A stretch of 64,000 nucleotides of DNA. Origin: an uncultured Alphaproteobacteria bacterium. Its GTDB lineage: Bacteria; Pseudomonadota; Alphaproteobacteria; Methylaequorales; Methylaequoraceae. Of the stretch, positions 9,633 to 19,641 are shown piece by piece. The notes below the pieces were generated by a model. That model was not told where the DNA came from, ran no database searches, and saw only the letters and a list, made by a program, of their open reading frames with translations. The stretch is taken from positions 140,976-204,975 of the forward strand of contig CABZFH010000002.1 in NCBI GenBank assembly GCA_902524895.1. The letters run 5' to 3'. A program made the translations under genes and the position numbers. The stretch's first letter is position 1. Every line of letters begins with the position of its first letter.

Positions 9633-10499
9633 ATGAAGAAAAAAATAACTGAAATTATAGAATATTTAGCACTGTTAATTTTTTACTACTTTAGTAAACT
9701 GTTAGGTTTAAGAATCTCATCCTTCGCGGGTGGGATTATAATGAGTATTTATGGAATGTTGTCTGAAAAAAATAATGTAGCAATAAAGAATCTTGACAAA
9801 ATTTTTCCAAACAAAAATGAAAATGAAAAAAAAAAAATAGTCCATAAAATGTGGTTTCATTTTGGAAGAGTTATTGGTGAATACCCTCATTTAGAAAATA
9901 TAAAAGCTTTAACTAATAAAAATATAAGTATAAGAGGTTTAAATAATCTGATTAATGGATTAGAAAAAAACCGAAATTGTTTATTTTTTTCTGCTCATTT
10001 AGGTAATTGGGAATTAACGTCACACCCTTTGACCGAATCGGGATACAATATATCATTTATTTATAGAGCCCCTAATAATAAGTTAGTAGACAATTTGTTA
10101 AGGAAAATACGAAAAAAATATGGTGTAAAGTTGATTAAGAAAGGTCCTGAAGGGGCTAAGGATTGTATATCTGTTTTAAAAAGAGAGGGGGGTAATATTG
10201 GTATGTTAATTGATCAAAAAATGAATGATGGAATCGAAGCAAAATTTTTCAATTATAAGACAATGACTGCTTCTGCAATTGCCAAATTTTCATTAAAGTA
10301 TAAATGTCCAATAATACCTGCTGTTTGTGTGAGAAAGAGGGGTGTTCAATTTGAAATTAGTTATTTACCTGAAGTAAGTTATAAAAAGATTGTTAATCTC
10401 AAAACAGAGTTAAATATAATGAACTATTTAAATACCTATGTTGAGAAATGGATCAAAGAGTGTCCTGATCAATGGATATGGATTCACAATAGATGGTAA
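9633..10499 (+). CDS. lpxL: Lipid A late acyltransferase (LpxL/HtrB family)
   Basis: SAHLGNWE, GMLIDQ, QWIWIHNRW. Confidence 0.85.
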   Translation: MKKKITEIIEYLALLIFYYFSKLLGLRISSFAGGIIMSIYGMLSEKNNVAIKNLDKIFPNKNENEKKKIVHKMWFHFGRVIGEYPHLENIKALTNKNISIRGLNNLINGLEKNRNCLFFSAHLGNWELTSHPLTESGYNISFIYRAPNNKLVDNLLRKIRKKYGVKLIKKGPEGAKDCISVLKREGGNIGMLIDQKMNDGIEAKFFNYKTMTASAIAKFSLKYKCPIIPAVCVRKRGVQFEISYLPEVSYKKIVNLKTELNIMNYLNTYVEKWIKECPDQWIWIHNRW

Positions 10500-11456
10500 T
10501 TATATTTTTAAATATTCTAATAGATGGGATACTATATTTTCCTCAACTTCTAACTTTTGAGGCTTCCATAAATTGAGAGATCCACTAAACGATTTAACAA
10601 TTTTTTTGGTTTCTAAAAATTGAGTAAAGTTTCGATTTTTTTCTTTAAGTATATTCAACTTAAAAATATAAACTGGCTTATGTAGAGATATTGCTTCCGA
10701 AATCATTGATATCGAATCCTCTGTTACAATTATAAAATCTGCTTCATTTAATAAAAACCAATATGGGTTTTGCGACTTTTCATCCCAAATAAAAGCTGTT
10801 TTAAAATTATTTTTTATAGCGATTTTTATTTCGTTACTTGTTCTTCTTGAAAATAAAAAATATAAATTGTTATTTTGCAAATTAATCATTTGTAAATACA
10901 TTGTGAATTTATTCAAATCTTCACGTTTAAACTTTATTCTTTTTGTATTTCCTCCAACTAAAATAACTATTTTTTTTTTTTTCGTATCAACTAGATTTGA
11001 AAACTTGTCAAGATCAGATTTTCTGATTTTTATTAATTCTGAATTTACTAATGAACCATCAATATATAAAAAATTACTTCCCTTCAATTTTTTATCATGA
11101 TTAGGAATTATTATTTTATTAAATTCTCCTCTTTTAAAATAGGGATCTAATATGTTAATTATTTTAGCTTGACAAATTCGTTTATATATTAAACAAAGTG
11201 GTGCAGCAACCCGTCCACAAGAAACAATGAGTTCTACATTTAAATAATCTAATTTTTTTTTAAAAATTAAAAATTTTAAGAATAAATAATAGAAAATGAT
11301 AGAGTTTCCAATCCAGTTTTTATAAGACGGACAAAATCTTAAAAAATTAACTTCAAATTTTCTTTTACTTTTTTTTTTTAAACTGTTAGTTAAACCCATA
11401 GCCTGATTTTTACTACTAATCTTACCATCGTAAATTATTAAAACTTTATAAGCCAT
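10500..11456 (-). CDS. ELM1/GtrOC1-family protein (putative LPS core glycosyltransferase)
   Basis: DGK..NQA.GL, SCGR, IPNHD, LVGG, FSRRT, NPY..L..AD.IIVTEDSISMISEA. Confidence 0.82.
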   Translation of the reverse strand: MAYKVLIIYDGKISSKNQAMGLTNSLKKKSKRKFEVNFLRFCPSYKNWIGNSIIFYYLFLKFLIFKKKLDYLNVELIVSCGRVAAPLCLIYKRICQAKIINILDPYFKRGEFNKIIIPNHDKKLKGSNFLYIDGSLVNSELIKIRKSDLDKFSNLVDTKKKKIVILVGGNTKRIKFKREDLNKFTMYLQMINLQNNNLYFLFSRRTSNEIKIAIKNNFKTAFIWDEKSQNPYWFLLNEADFIIVTEDSISMISEAISLHKPVYIFKLNILKEKNRNFTQFLETKKIVKSFSGSLNLWKPQKLEVEENIVSHLLEYLKI

Positions 11457-11481
11457 GAGAATATTAATGCGATTAAAATTG

Positions 11482-12186
11482 TTAAAAAGTCATCAATTTT
11501 TTTTTTGTTAGAATATAGAAAAAATATCTATAAATATATGCTAAAAAAATCATAAACATTAGTGAGTACAAATTATCACTAAAAAAATGCCCTCCCATAG
11601 CCATTCTACAAAAAGATACAACCACACCGAAAAGAAAGTTTAAAATAAAATATAAATAAAAATCCTTTAAGATTAAAATTCCCACAAAAAATGAAAAAGC
11701 TGCAGCAGCCTCACCACCTATCCATGAACAGTTTTTTTTACATTGATCACTGATTCTAAATGGAGGTGAATATTGCTTATCTCCATTAAATTCAACTATT
11801 TGAACTGGTCTTGCTCTTCCCCAATTATCTTTAAAATATAGGTTTGCAATTAAACCGCACCCAATTAATGGGCCAATAAGAAAACCAAGTAGAACAAAAA
11901 AAAACCTTCTGGTTTTGTATTTATTTTTATATTTTTTTTTTTTTAAATCAATAAGTATATATACCAATATAATAAGCGAGATTATAGGTATGAATATCAT
12001 GATATATTTTAAAGTTGTTCTAATGGTTTTAATAAAAGTTAATTCCTCAGATAAAAACCTATCTTTAAGATAAAAAAAATTGGATATGGTAATATCAAGA
12101 TCTGGGTTTGAAGAAAAAATTCCATAAAAAGAGATAAAAAAAAATATATTAAAATATAAAATCCAATATTTTTTTGATGTTTTCAT
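11482..12186 (-). CDS. PAP2-family membrane phosphatase (LpxF-like lipid A phosphatase)
   Basis: FKDNWGRARP, CKKNCSWIGGE (variant of NCSFVSGE), RMAMGGHFFSD; hydrophobic segments. Confidence 0.75.
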   Translation of the reverse strand: MKTSKKYWILYFNIFFFISFYGIFSSNPDLDITISNFFYLKDRFLSEELTFIKTIRTTLKYIMIFIPIISLIILVYILIDLKKKKYKNKYKTRRFFFVLLGFLIGPLIGCGLIANLYFKDNWGRARPVQIVEFNGDKQYSPPFRISDQCKKNCSWIGGEAAAAFSFFVGILILKDFYLYFILNFLFGVVVSFCRMAMGGHFFSDNLYSLMFMIFLAYIYRYFFYILTKKKLMTF

Positions 12187-12216
12187 TCTTTTTTTTAAAT
12201 ATCAAAATTTTTGAAG

Positions 12217-12600
12217 TTATTTTTGATGTTTTTTTGGTTCTAAAAGTTTTAAATATCTTAATCGCAAAACTATGATTGCTATACCTAGGATTAATATTGC
12301 AACTGACTCATAGATTAATGTAGAGGGTTCAATATCTTTTTTTTGTAATATAATTAAACGGGATATTGCTGTAATTGCAATTATTATTGGGTAGGTAATC
12401 CTTATTTCGTCCTCAAGAAGATATATTCGAATCATTCCCATAACCTCAACATAAATAAATAATAAAAGTAAATCAGCAAGAGTTACACTCATTTGAATAA
12501 TCATTTTATATATTTCCAGAGAAAATCCCACAAGGCTTCCAACAAAAATAATCGTCATGGCAAAGTATTGAATATATCTAATAATTTGGTGCAGTGGCAT
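12217..12600 (-). CDS. psiE: Phosphate-starvation-inducible PsiE family membrane protein
   Basis: LADLLLLFIYVEV.GM, PIIIAITAISRLIIL; about four TM segments. Confidence 0.82.
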   Translation of the reverse strand: MPLHQIIRYIQYFAMTIIFVGSLVGFSLEIYKMIIQMSVTLADLLLLFIYVEVMGMIRIYLLEDEIRITYPIIIAITAISRLIILQKKDIEPSTLIYESVAILILGIAIIVLRLRYLKLLEPKKHQK

Positions 12601-12605
12601 AAATA

Positions 12606-13751
12606 CTAATCTATTTTTTTTACTTTATTAAAATTGTTAAAAATTCTGACTAAATAGTCAATTTCATCAGTACTATTATAATAGTGAAAAGAAATCCTTA
12701 AAAGAAATTTTTTTTTGATTTTTTTAAAATATAAATTTGATACTTCATGATTTACAACATAGGTATTGATTTTATTTTTTTTTAAGTAATTAAACAATTC
12801 TTTAACGCTACCTTTTCTAAGACTTATGGTATTTATAGCCGAAAGATTATTTTCGTTTTCATAAAAATGAACATTATGATTCAAGTTTTTTCTTAAATAT
12901 TTACTTAATTCAATATTTTTTTCCATTATATTATCTATTCCTTTATTTAAAATATTTTCTACAGCAGTAGTAAAAGCCATTTTTAATGCAGGGGAAAACT
13001 CAAAACTTTCTAAAAAGGGTTTATTTTTTTTTAATTTATACTTGTTTTTCGAAGTAACTTTGGCAGATGTCATATCAACAAATAAAGGATCAAGAATAGA
13101 CCTTATTTTTTTATTTACATATAAAAAACCGGTACCTCTTGGACCATTTAGAAATTTTCTACCAGTTGAAGTTAAAATATCACATTTAAACCTTTTTACA
13201 TCAATTGGAACTTGACCGGCTGATTGACAAGCATCAATCATAAAGATTGAATTAGGATTTTTCTTTTTTAAAATTTTTCCAATCACCTCAACAGGCATAA
13301 TATTTCCATTTTGAGAACAAACATGATTTATATTTATTATTCGTGTTTTTTTAGAAATCATATTCTCTAATTCTGAAAAGTTTATTTCTCCTAAATTATT
13401 AAGTTTATAAATATTTAAGTTTTTAAAATGGTTTTTTTTTTTTAATAAAGTTAATAAATTGCTTGAGTATTCATTTTCGAAAATCAAAATATCATCATTT
13501 TTTTTTAGTGGAATTGAATTTAACACAAAGTTCCACGATAATGTTGAATTTGGCATGAATGAAATTTCAGAGGGTTCAGAATTTATTAATTTTGCTATAA
13601 CCTTATAGAATTTATCTAATGTAGCTTTACTCTTTTCTTGTAATTCATAACCTCCAAATTTCTTTTCTAAATCCAAATATTTTTTTAAGATTTGAATACT
13701 TTTTGTATTCATAAGACTTGCGCCAGCATTATTAAAATGTACAAGTTTCAA
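12606..13751 (-). CDS. PLP-dependent class V enzyme, probable hercynylcysteine sulfoxide C-S lyase (EgtE/Egt2-like)
   Basis: HFNNAGAS, DACQSAGQ, STGRKFLNGPRGTGFLYV, RISFHYYN; directly downstream of egtD. Confidence 0.75.
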   Translation of the reverse strand: MKLVHFNNAGASLMNTKSIQILKKYLDLEKKFGGYELQEKSKATLDKFYKVIAKLINSEPSEISFMPNSTLSWNFVLNSIPLKKNDDILIFENEYSSNLLTLLKKKNHFKNLNIYKLNNLGEINFSELENMISKKTRIININHVCSQNGNIMPVEVIGKILKKKNPNSIFMIDACQSAGQVPIDVKRFKCDILTSTGRKFLNGPRGTGFLYVNKKIRSILDPLFVDMTSAKVTSKNKYKLKKNKPFLESFEFSPALKMAFTTAVENILNKGIDNIMEKNIELSKYLRKNLNHNVHFYENENNLSAINTISLRKGSVKELFNYLKKNKINTYVVNHEVSNLYFKKIKKKFLLRISFHYYNSTDEIDYLVRIFNNFNKVKKID

Positions 13752-13754
13752 AGT

Positions 13755-14714
13755 TTACTTCACCTTTAATACAAAAATACTAAAAAGATTTTTTTCATCT
13801 TTCAAAATCTGCGATATGCGAAAACCTGAATTTTTGGAAAGTTTGCTAAATCCCTCAAGTGTATATTTGTACGAATTTTCAGTATGAATTGATTCACCTT
13901 TTTTAAAATTTATAATTTGATTTAATATATTAACACTATGTTTTACTTTACTTATCAAATGCATTTCAATTCTTTTTTCTTTATCGTTAAAAAAAGCGTG
14001 ATGTTTAAAATTTTTTTTGTCAAGCTTTCCACCAACAATAGAATTGACTGATCTCAAAATATTAGAATTAAAGCGTGCAGTAATTCCTTTAGAGTCATTG
14101 TAAGCATTTTCTAAAACCTTTTTTGATTTTATTAAATCCACCCCAATTATCATGTAACTCCCTGAACCTAAAATTAAAGAAAAACTTTTCAGAAGATTCT
14201 CTGCTTCTGATGGAATAAAATTACCAATAGTAGATCCGGGAAAAAAACCAATCTTATTATTTTTTTTGTCTAAAATTCCTTTGATTTCGGTTATTTGATT
14301 AAAAGCAGCGCATATAGCAGTCACCTTTGTTTTAGGAAAAATCTTTGCAAAATTTTTTGCATTTTTGTACAAAAAATCTTTACTTATATCAATTGGAATA
14401 TATTCCTTTAAATTTTTTCCCCCATTGATGAGTTTCTTTATTTTTTTATTTGATCCACTTCCAAACTCTATAATTGAAGAGCTCTCAGATAAAAACTGTT
14501 TAGTATAGAATTTCTTTTCAAGTATATTGATTTCTGCTTTAGTCGGATAGTACTCTTTTAATTTAGTAATCTTTTCGAACAATTCAGAACCTACATCGTC
14601 ATAAAAAAACTTAGAATTGATTGTTTTCTGATTTTTGTTAATTAATCCTTTAAGAATAAGAGTTCGGTCATCTTCTTGAGCAGAGGAAAAGTTAAGCAAA
14701 TTCAAATTTTTCAT
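13755..14714 (-). CDS. egtD: L-histidine N-alpha-trimethyltransferase
   Basis: KFFYD..GS.LF..IT...EYYPT, IEFGSGS, FPGSTIGNF, AYND..GITA.FN, RIEMHL, IHTENSYKY. Confidence 0.95.
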   Translation of the reverse strand: MKNLNLLNFSSAQEDDRTLILKGLINKNQKTINSKFFYDDVGSELFEKITKLKEYYPTKAEINILEKKFYTKQFLSESSSIIEFGSGSNKKIKKLINGGKNLKEYIPIDISKDFLYKNAKNFAKIFPKTKVTAICAAFNQITEIKGILDKKNNKIGFFPGSTIGNFIPSEAENLLKSFSLILGSGSYMIIGVDLIKSKKVLENAYNDSKGITARFNSNILRSVNSIVGGKLDKKNFKHHAFFNDKEKRIEMHLISKVKHSVNILNQIINFKKGESIHTENSYKYTLEGFSKLSKNSGFRISQILKDEKNLFSIFVLKVK

Positions 14715-15943
14715 ATATCATTTGCTAGTCTTAATCCTGAGAATTGCCATCTATCTCCAGGATAATAAAAATTACGATATGATGGTCTAATATGATCTAT
14801 TGGTGTTATGCAACTTCCACCTTTTAATACAAATTGATTACACATAAACTTTCCGTTATATTCAGCAAATTTTTCTCCAAACGGTTGATAATTTTTATAT
14901 GGAGTATAGTTGCTACTAGTCCATGACCAAAGATCTCCAAAAAAATTGTTTTGTTCTTTTCCACCAATGGGTTCATAAATCGTATTTTCTAAAAAATTAC
15001 CTTGTTTTTCACTCTTCAAAAGACACAATTCTAATTCAAATTCTGTTGGCAATCTTTTTTTTCTATATCTTGCATATGCATCAGCTTCATAAAAACTTAT
15101 GTGAGATACTGGTTGATTATTTTTAATTTTACTTAAACCATTTAAAGTAAAATTATACTGATCATCAATCCAATATAAAGGTCTTTCAATTTTGTTTTGT
15201 TTTATATAATCCCAACCGTCTGACAACCAAAACTCATGTCTGTTATACCCATCATTACAAATGAAATCTTTCCAGTCCTCATTAGATACTAAATTAGTTT
15301 GAATTTGAAAATCCGTTAGTGCAGTCTCTCCTGAAGGAGTTTCATTATCATAGCAAAAACCTCCTCCATTAAATCCATATTTTAAAGTAGTTTTACTAAA
15401 ATTTTTCCATTCACCTTTTATTCTTTCGTTTTTAATAATAATAAGGTTATTTGAAAAGTTAGGTTTTAAGGGATTGTTAAAAAAAACATTTAATATATCC
15501 ATTAATATTAATTCTTGATGTTGTTCCTCATGATTAATTCCTAACTGCAAAGCAAACTTATGGTTCAATAAATTATTATTGTTAGAAAAAAAATCTTCAA
15601 TGTATCTATCTACATAGTCGCGATAATTTATTATGTCTTCTAAAAAAGGTCTACTAACAAAACCTCTTTTATTTTTATCATTATATTCACCCACAGAATT
15701 ATAATAAGAATTAAATAGATAATTGTAGTTTTTATCGAAAATTTTATAACTCTTTAAATTTTCTTTTAATATAAAATTTTCAAAAAACCATGTAGTGTGA
15801 GCCAGATGCCATTTAGTTGGACTCACAAAAGGTTCTGTTTGAATTACTGTATCTTCTGGATAAAGATTTATAATCAAATCTTTTGTTCTCGTTCTAACTT
15901 TCTTAAACAATAGTAGTAGATTATTTTCAGTGTGATCTAACAT
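14711..15943 (-). CDS. egtB: Ergothioneine sulfoxide synthase
   Basis: SPTKWHLAHTTWFFE, HEEQHQE iron ligands, FNSYY loop, FGE-like C-terminus EYNGKFM...GGS...YRNFYYP..RWQFSG. Confidence 0.94.
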   Translation of the reverse strand: MLDHTENNLLLLFKKVRTRTKDLIINLYPEDTVIQTEPFVSPTKWHLAHTTWFFENFILKENLKSYKIFDKNYNYLFNSYYNSVGEYNDKNKRGFVSRPFLEDIINYRDYVDRYIEDFFSNNNNLLNHKFALQLGINHEEQHQELILMDILNVFFNNPLKPNFSNNLIIIKNERIKGEWKNFSKTTLKYGFNGGGFCYDNETPSGETALTDFQIQTNLVSNEDWKDFICNDGYNRHEFWLSDGWDYIKQNKIERPLYWIDDQYNFTLNGLSKIKNNQPVSHISFYEADAYARYRKKRLPTEFELELCLLKSEKQGNFLENTIYEPIGGKEQNNFFGDLWSWTSSNYTPYKNYQPFGEKFAEYNGKFMCNQFVLKGGSCITPIDHIRPSYRNFYYPGDRWQFSGLRLANDI

Positions 15944-17321
15944 TTAAGCTTTTTTTTAACATAATAAACATTTCTTTTAAATAAAGACAGAAAATTATTA
16001 CGACTAAAGGAAAAAATGGCATCAAATATCTAGGTGTTGCAATATTTGATATACTAACAACTATCAAGTATACTTGACAAATTAAACATAAGATATTGAA
16101 AACATTAAATTTTTCCCATTCACGTCTTAAAATTATTAGAATGCTTCGAATCGAAAACAAAGTAAAAAAAAAGAATGATAATAAAAAAAAACAAAGACCA
16201 ATAACAAGAAATTCTTTTTTTAAAAACATTAGATCCCCTGATGAATTTTTTAATTTTGATGTTAATGGTAAATTCTCATAATTTTCAGTAAATAATTGTT
16301 TTCCTCCTGGAGTCCACAGCGCAAAGTAGTGCCATAAAGATATTTTTATAAACTCTATTGGGTTATTCAAGATAATTTTTGAACCTAACTTTTTTTTGAA
16401 ATCATCAATATTATCGATGCCTCTTTTAATTTTAAAATCGTTTATTTGTTTATCATATTGATATTGACCTACAACTTCGTAATCAGCTTTTAGATTTGCA
16501 ATTAAAAAAGGATTTTTTAAGTTTGAAATATAATTATTTACTAATTTTGAGTCATTATTAAAAATAGATAAAAAACTTTTATAAGTTTCGTTGAAATTCT
16601 CAGTTTTTAATTTTGAGTTGCCACTTAAAATAAATATTTTACCAGTAATAGATTTTTGAACAACATTACTTCTGTTTTCATAAGTATCAAAATATAATTT
16701 ATGTTCTAAAATGGGAAGGAAAGCTGAAAAGATAACACATATAAAAAGTTGTTTGATTTTTTTATATTTTATCGAAAAGTAAAAGAACCCTAAAAAGAAA
16801 AAAAAAAATATAATAAATCCTATAGATTTTATTGCATAGATTCCTCCAATTATAAAACCAAAAATTGATGAAAGGATATAACTTTTTGATAGTTTTTTTT
16901 CCAATATTAATAAAGAAACGGCAAAATTAATAAAACTAAAAAAAATTGCCTCGGTAAGAATAGTTTTTGCGAAAGATATATAATATATGTTAGTAAACAA
17001 AAAAAAATAAGTCATAGATATAAAAAATAAATCTTGACCTTTTCTTCTTAGTATAAACAATAATATTATTGAACTAAATGTTAAAAGAAAAATTTGAAAA
17101 AAAATTAAATAAATATATTTTTTATTTTCATCATGAAAAAAGTCTATAATAAAAGGATAGATCGAAGTTCTAATAGCATCACCATTAATATACGATAAAC
17201 TATCTGGCTCATGTAAATTAAATAAAGCTGGAGCATTAATTAACCAAACAAATGCACATAAAAAAAAGCAAGAAAAAATAATAACATCATTTCTAAAATT
17301 ATCTATTATATGGATCTTCAT
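15927..17321 (-). CDS. Polytopic membrane protein, possible GT-C-fold glycosyltransferase
   Basis: Many TM segments; N-terminal EPDSLSY...RTSIYP.F, ILTEA and C-terminal PRY motifs resemble GT-C-like proteins. Confidence 0.5.
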   Translation of the reverse strand: MKIHIIDNFRNDVIIFSCFFLCAFVWLINAPALFNLHEPDSLSYINGDAIRTSIYPFIIDFFHDENKKYIYLIFFQIFLLTFSSIILLFILRRKGQDLFFISMTYFFLFTNIYYISFAKTILTEAIFFSFINFAVSLLILEKKLSKSYILSSIFGFIIGGIYAIKSIGFIIFFFFFLGFFYFSIKYKKIKQLFICVIFSAFLPILEHKLYFDTYENRSNVVQKSITGKIFILSGNSKLKTENFNETYKSFLSIFNNDSKLVNNYISNLKNPFLIANLKADYEVVGQYQYDKQINDFKIKRGIDNIDDFKKKLGSKIILNNPIEFIKISLWHYFALWTPGGKQLFTENYENLPLTSKLKNSSGDLMFLKKEFLVIGLCFFLLSFFFFTLFSIRSILIILRREWEKFNVFNILCLICQVYLIVVSISNIATPRYLMPFFPLVVIIFCLYLKEMFIMLKKSLNVRSH

Positions 17322-18696
17322 ATCTTATAATATCATCTTCTGAAAGTTTTTCTCCAACTTGTGTTTCGATAATTACTAAGTTTTTTGTCGTTTTATTTTC
17401 AATTCTATGTATTGCTTTTTTAGGAATATAAATCGATTGATTTTTTTTTAAAACTATAGTTTTATTATTCAATGTAATATTTGCACTCCCCTCAACTACT
17501 GTCCAGTGTTCAGATCTATACATATGTTTTTGCAGTGATAATTTATGTTTCGGTAAAATATGTAATTTTTTTACAATAAAGCTTGGATTTTTTTCTATAA
17601 TTTTAAAACTTCCCCACGGTCTATATTCAGTAAAACCATAAAAATATTCTCTCGATCGAATTTTTTCTAGCACCTGTTTGACATTGTTACTTTTTTTTTT
17701 TGATGAAACTAACAAAGAATTATCTTTACAAACAATTATTAAGTTTGAGATATCATTTATAATGTTACAATCTTGGTCAGATATAATAAGACTATTATTT
17801 GAAAATGAGGTTTTTATTTTACCAATTGAGACATTACCATCTTTGTCTTTCTTTTGAGTATTCCATATTGACTTCCAAGAACCGAGGTCACTCCAAGATA
17901 TATTTAATGGTAATACATTAAAATTTTGTATTTCTTCCAGAATTTCATAATCAAATGATACATTTTTACATTTACCAAAATACCCCTTATTCAATAATAA
18001 AAACCCTAAATCAAGTGCAGCGTTTTTTAATGCAAGATTACAATTTCGATAAATATTTAAATTTTTTTTTTTAAACTCTTGAAGCACATAATCTGCCTTT
18101 AGTAAAAATATACCACTGTTCCAAAAATAATTTTTTTTTAAAAACATTTTTTGTGCACTATTTAAATTTGGCTTTTCAACAAACTTATCTAATTTAATTT
18201 CATTCATCTTGTTAACTTTAGTTTTTATATATCCAAAATCAGTATTAGGTTCTATTGGTCTTAAACCGAAAAGAGTATTTTTTTGTCCAAAATTTTTTAA
18301 ATAATTTTTAACTTGAGAAAAAAAATTGTTTTCATTTGTTATTAAATGATCAGAGGGAAAAACCATCATTAAATTATTATTTTTTTCCGTTATTTTAAAG
18401 GCCGCTACACAAATTGCTGGTGCTGTGTTTCTTCCAACAGGTTCAACTATTATATCTGAAACATTAACGTTTATTGAACTAATTTGTTCTCTTACAATAA
18501 ATTTTTGCTCAGCTGCACATATGATAATAGGCTTATTAAAAATTTCATTTTTTGTTCTCAGAACTGTTTTTTGAAAAAGAGAAAATTTTGAACCAAATGG
18601 TATTTTTAAAAACTGCTTTGGAAATGATTTTCTAGAAATTGGCCATAGTCTTTTTCCAAAACCCCCTGATAAAATTACTGGTGTTATCTTATTCAT
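17299..18696 (-). CDS. manC: Mannose-1-phosphate guanylyltransferase / mannose-6-phosphate isomerase
   Basis: VILSGG.G.RLWP.SR..PKQF, EPVGRNTAPA, PSDH, WNSG.F, WSDLGSW, cupin RPWG..LSLQKH..RSEHW; start placed at the ATG coupled to the fcl stop. Confidence 0.94.
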   Translation of the reverse strand: MNKITPVILSGGFGKRLWPISRKSFPKQFLKIPFGSKFSLFQKTVLRTKNEIFNKPIIICAAEQKFIVREQISSINVNVSDIIVEPVGRNTAPAICVAAFKITEKNNNLMMVFPSDHLITNENNFFSQVKNYLKNFGQKNTLFGLRPIEPNTDFGYIKTKVNKMNEIKLDKFVEKPNLNSAQKMFLKKNYFWNSGIFLLKADYVLQEFKKKNLNIYRNCNLALKNAALDLGFLLLNKGYFGKCKNVSFDYEILEEIQNFNVLPLNISWSDLGSWKSIWNTQKKDKDGNVSIGKIKTSFSNNSLIISDQDCNIINDISNLIIVCKDNSLLVSSKKKSNNVKQVLEKIRSREYFYGFTEYRPWGSFKIIEKNPSFIVKKLHILPKHKLSLQKHMYRSEHWTVVEGSANITLNNKTIVLKKNQSIYIPKKAIHRIENKTTKNLVIIETQVGEKLSEDDIIRYEDPYNR

Positions 18697-19639
18697 TCTC
18701 ATGATCAATATTTTCAAGATACCAACTATAAGTCATTTTTATACCCTCATTTAATTTTATTCTTGGATTCCAACCTAACTTTTTTAATTTTGAGGTATCG
18801 AGAAATTTTCTTGGCACTCCGTCAGGAAAACTTTCGTCAAAAACTAATTTTCCAGGAAATTTAATTACTTTTGCTATAAGAGTAGCCAGTTCAAAAATTG
18901 TTATTTCTTCACCAGAACCAATGTTGATAGGTGCAGAATCATTATATTTTTTTGTAATAAAAACTAAAGCATCAGCAAGATCTTCTATAAAAACAAACTC
19001 TCTTTGTGGGTTGCCTGTTCCCCAAATTATTACTTTATCTTCACCCTTTTTTTTCGCATTATGTATCCTACTAATCAACGCAGGAATTACGTGGCTTGTT
19101 TGATTAGAGAAATTGTCTTTAAAACCATACAAATTGTTAGGTTGAACACTTATGAAGTTTGAATCGTATTGTTCTCTATAGAATTTACACATCTCGATGC
19201 CAGCAATTTTTGCAACTGCGTAAGCTTTATTGGTTGTTTCTAATTTTCCAGTCAACAACAAATCCTCTTTTATTGGTTTTTCAGAGATAGGATAAACACA
19301 AGCTGATCCAAGAAATATTAATTTTTCAACATCGTACATATGAGAGTATTTAATTACGTTTGTTTGAATTTGGAGGTTTTCAGTAATAAATTCAGCAGGT
19401 TTTTTTGAATTATATAGTATACCTCCTACCTTTGCTGCAGCAAGAAAAACAACATTTGGTTGATTTATTTTCATCCAATGCTCAACATCTGAATCTCTAC
19501 ACAAATCAAGGTTAGATCTAGATATTGTTAAGAGATCGCATTCCTCTTTTTTTAACCTATTACATAATGAAGAACCAACCATACCGTTGTGTCCAGCAAC
19601 CCAAACTTTTTTATTCTTTAATGAAAAATCTTTGTACAT
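18689..19639 (-). CDS. fcl: GDP-L-fucose synthase
   Basis: VAGHNGMVGS, AAAKVGGI, FLGSACVYP, YAVAKIAG, SHVIPAL, WGTG.P.REF. Confidence 0.94.
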   Translation of the reverse strand: MYKDFSLKNKKVWVAGHNGMVGSSLCNRLKKEECDLLTISRSNLDLCRDSDVEHWMKINQPNVVFLAAAKVGGILYNSKKPAEFITENLQIQTNVIKYSHMYDVEKLIFLGSACVYPISEKPIKEDLLLTGKLETTNKAYAVAKIAGIEMCKFYREQYDSNFISVQPNNLYGFKDNFSNQTSHVIPALISRIHNAKKKGEDKVIIWGTGNPQREFVFIEDLADALVFITKKYNDSAPINIGSGEEITIFELATLIAKVIKFPGKLVFDESFPDGVPRKFLDTSKLKKLGWNPRIKLNEGIKMTYSWYLENIDHENE

Positions 19640-19641
19640 AA

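Noticed and set aside
14711-15943. EgtB homologue as selenoneine synthase SenA or ovothiol synthase OvoA
   Set aside because: No senB/senC (SelD) neighbours, no C-terminal methyltransferase domain, and egtD is adjacent
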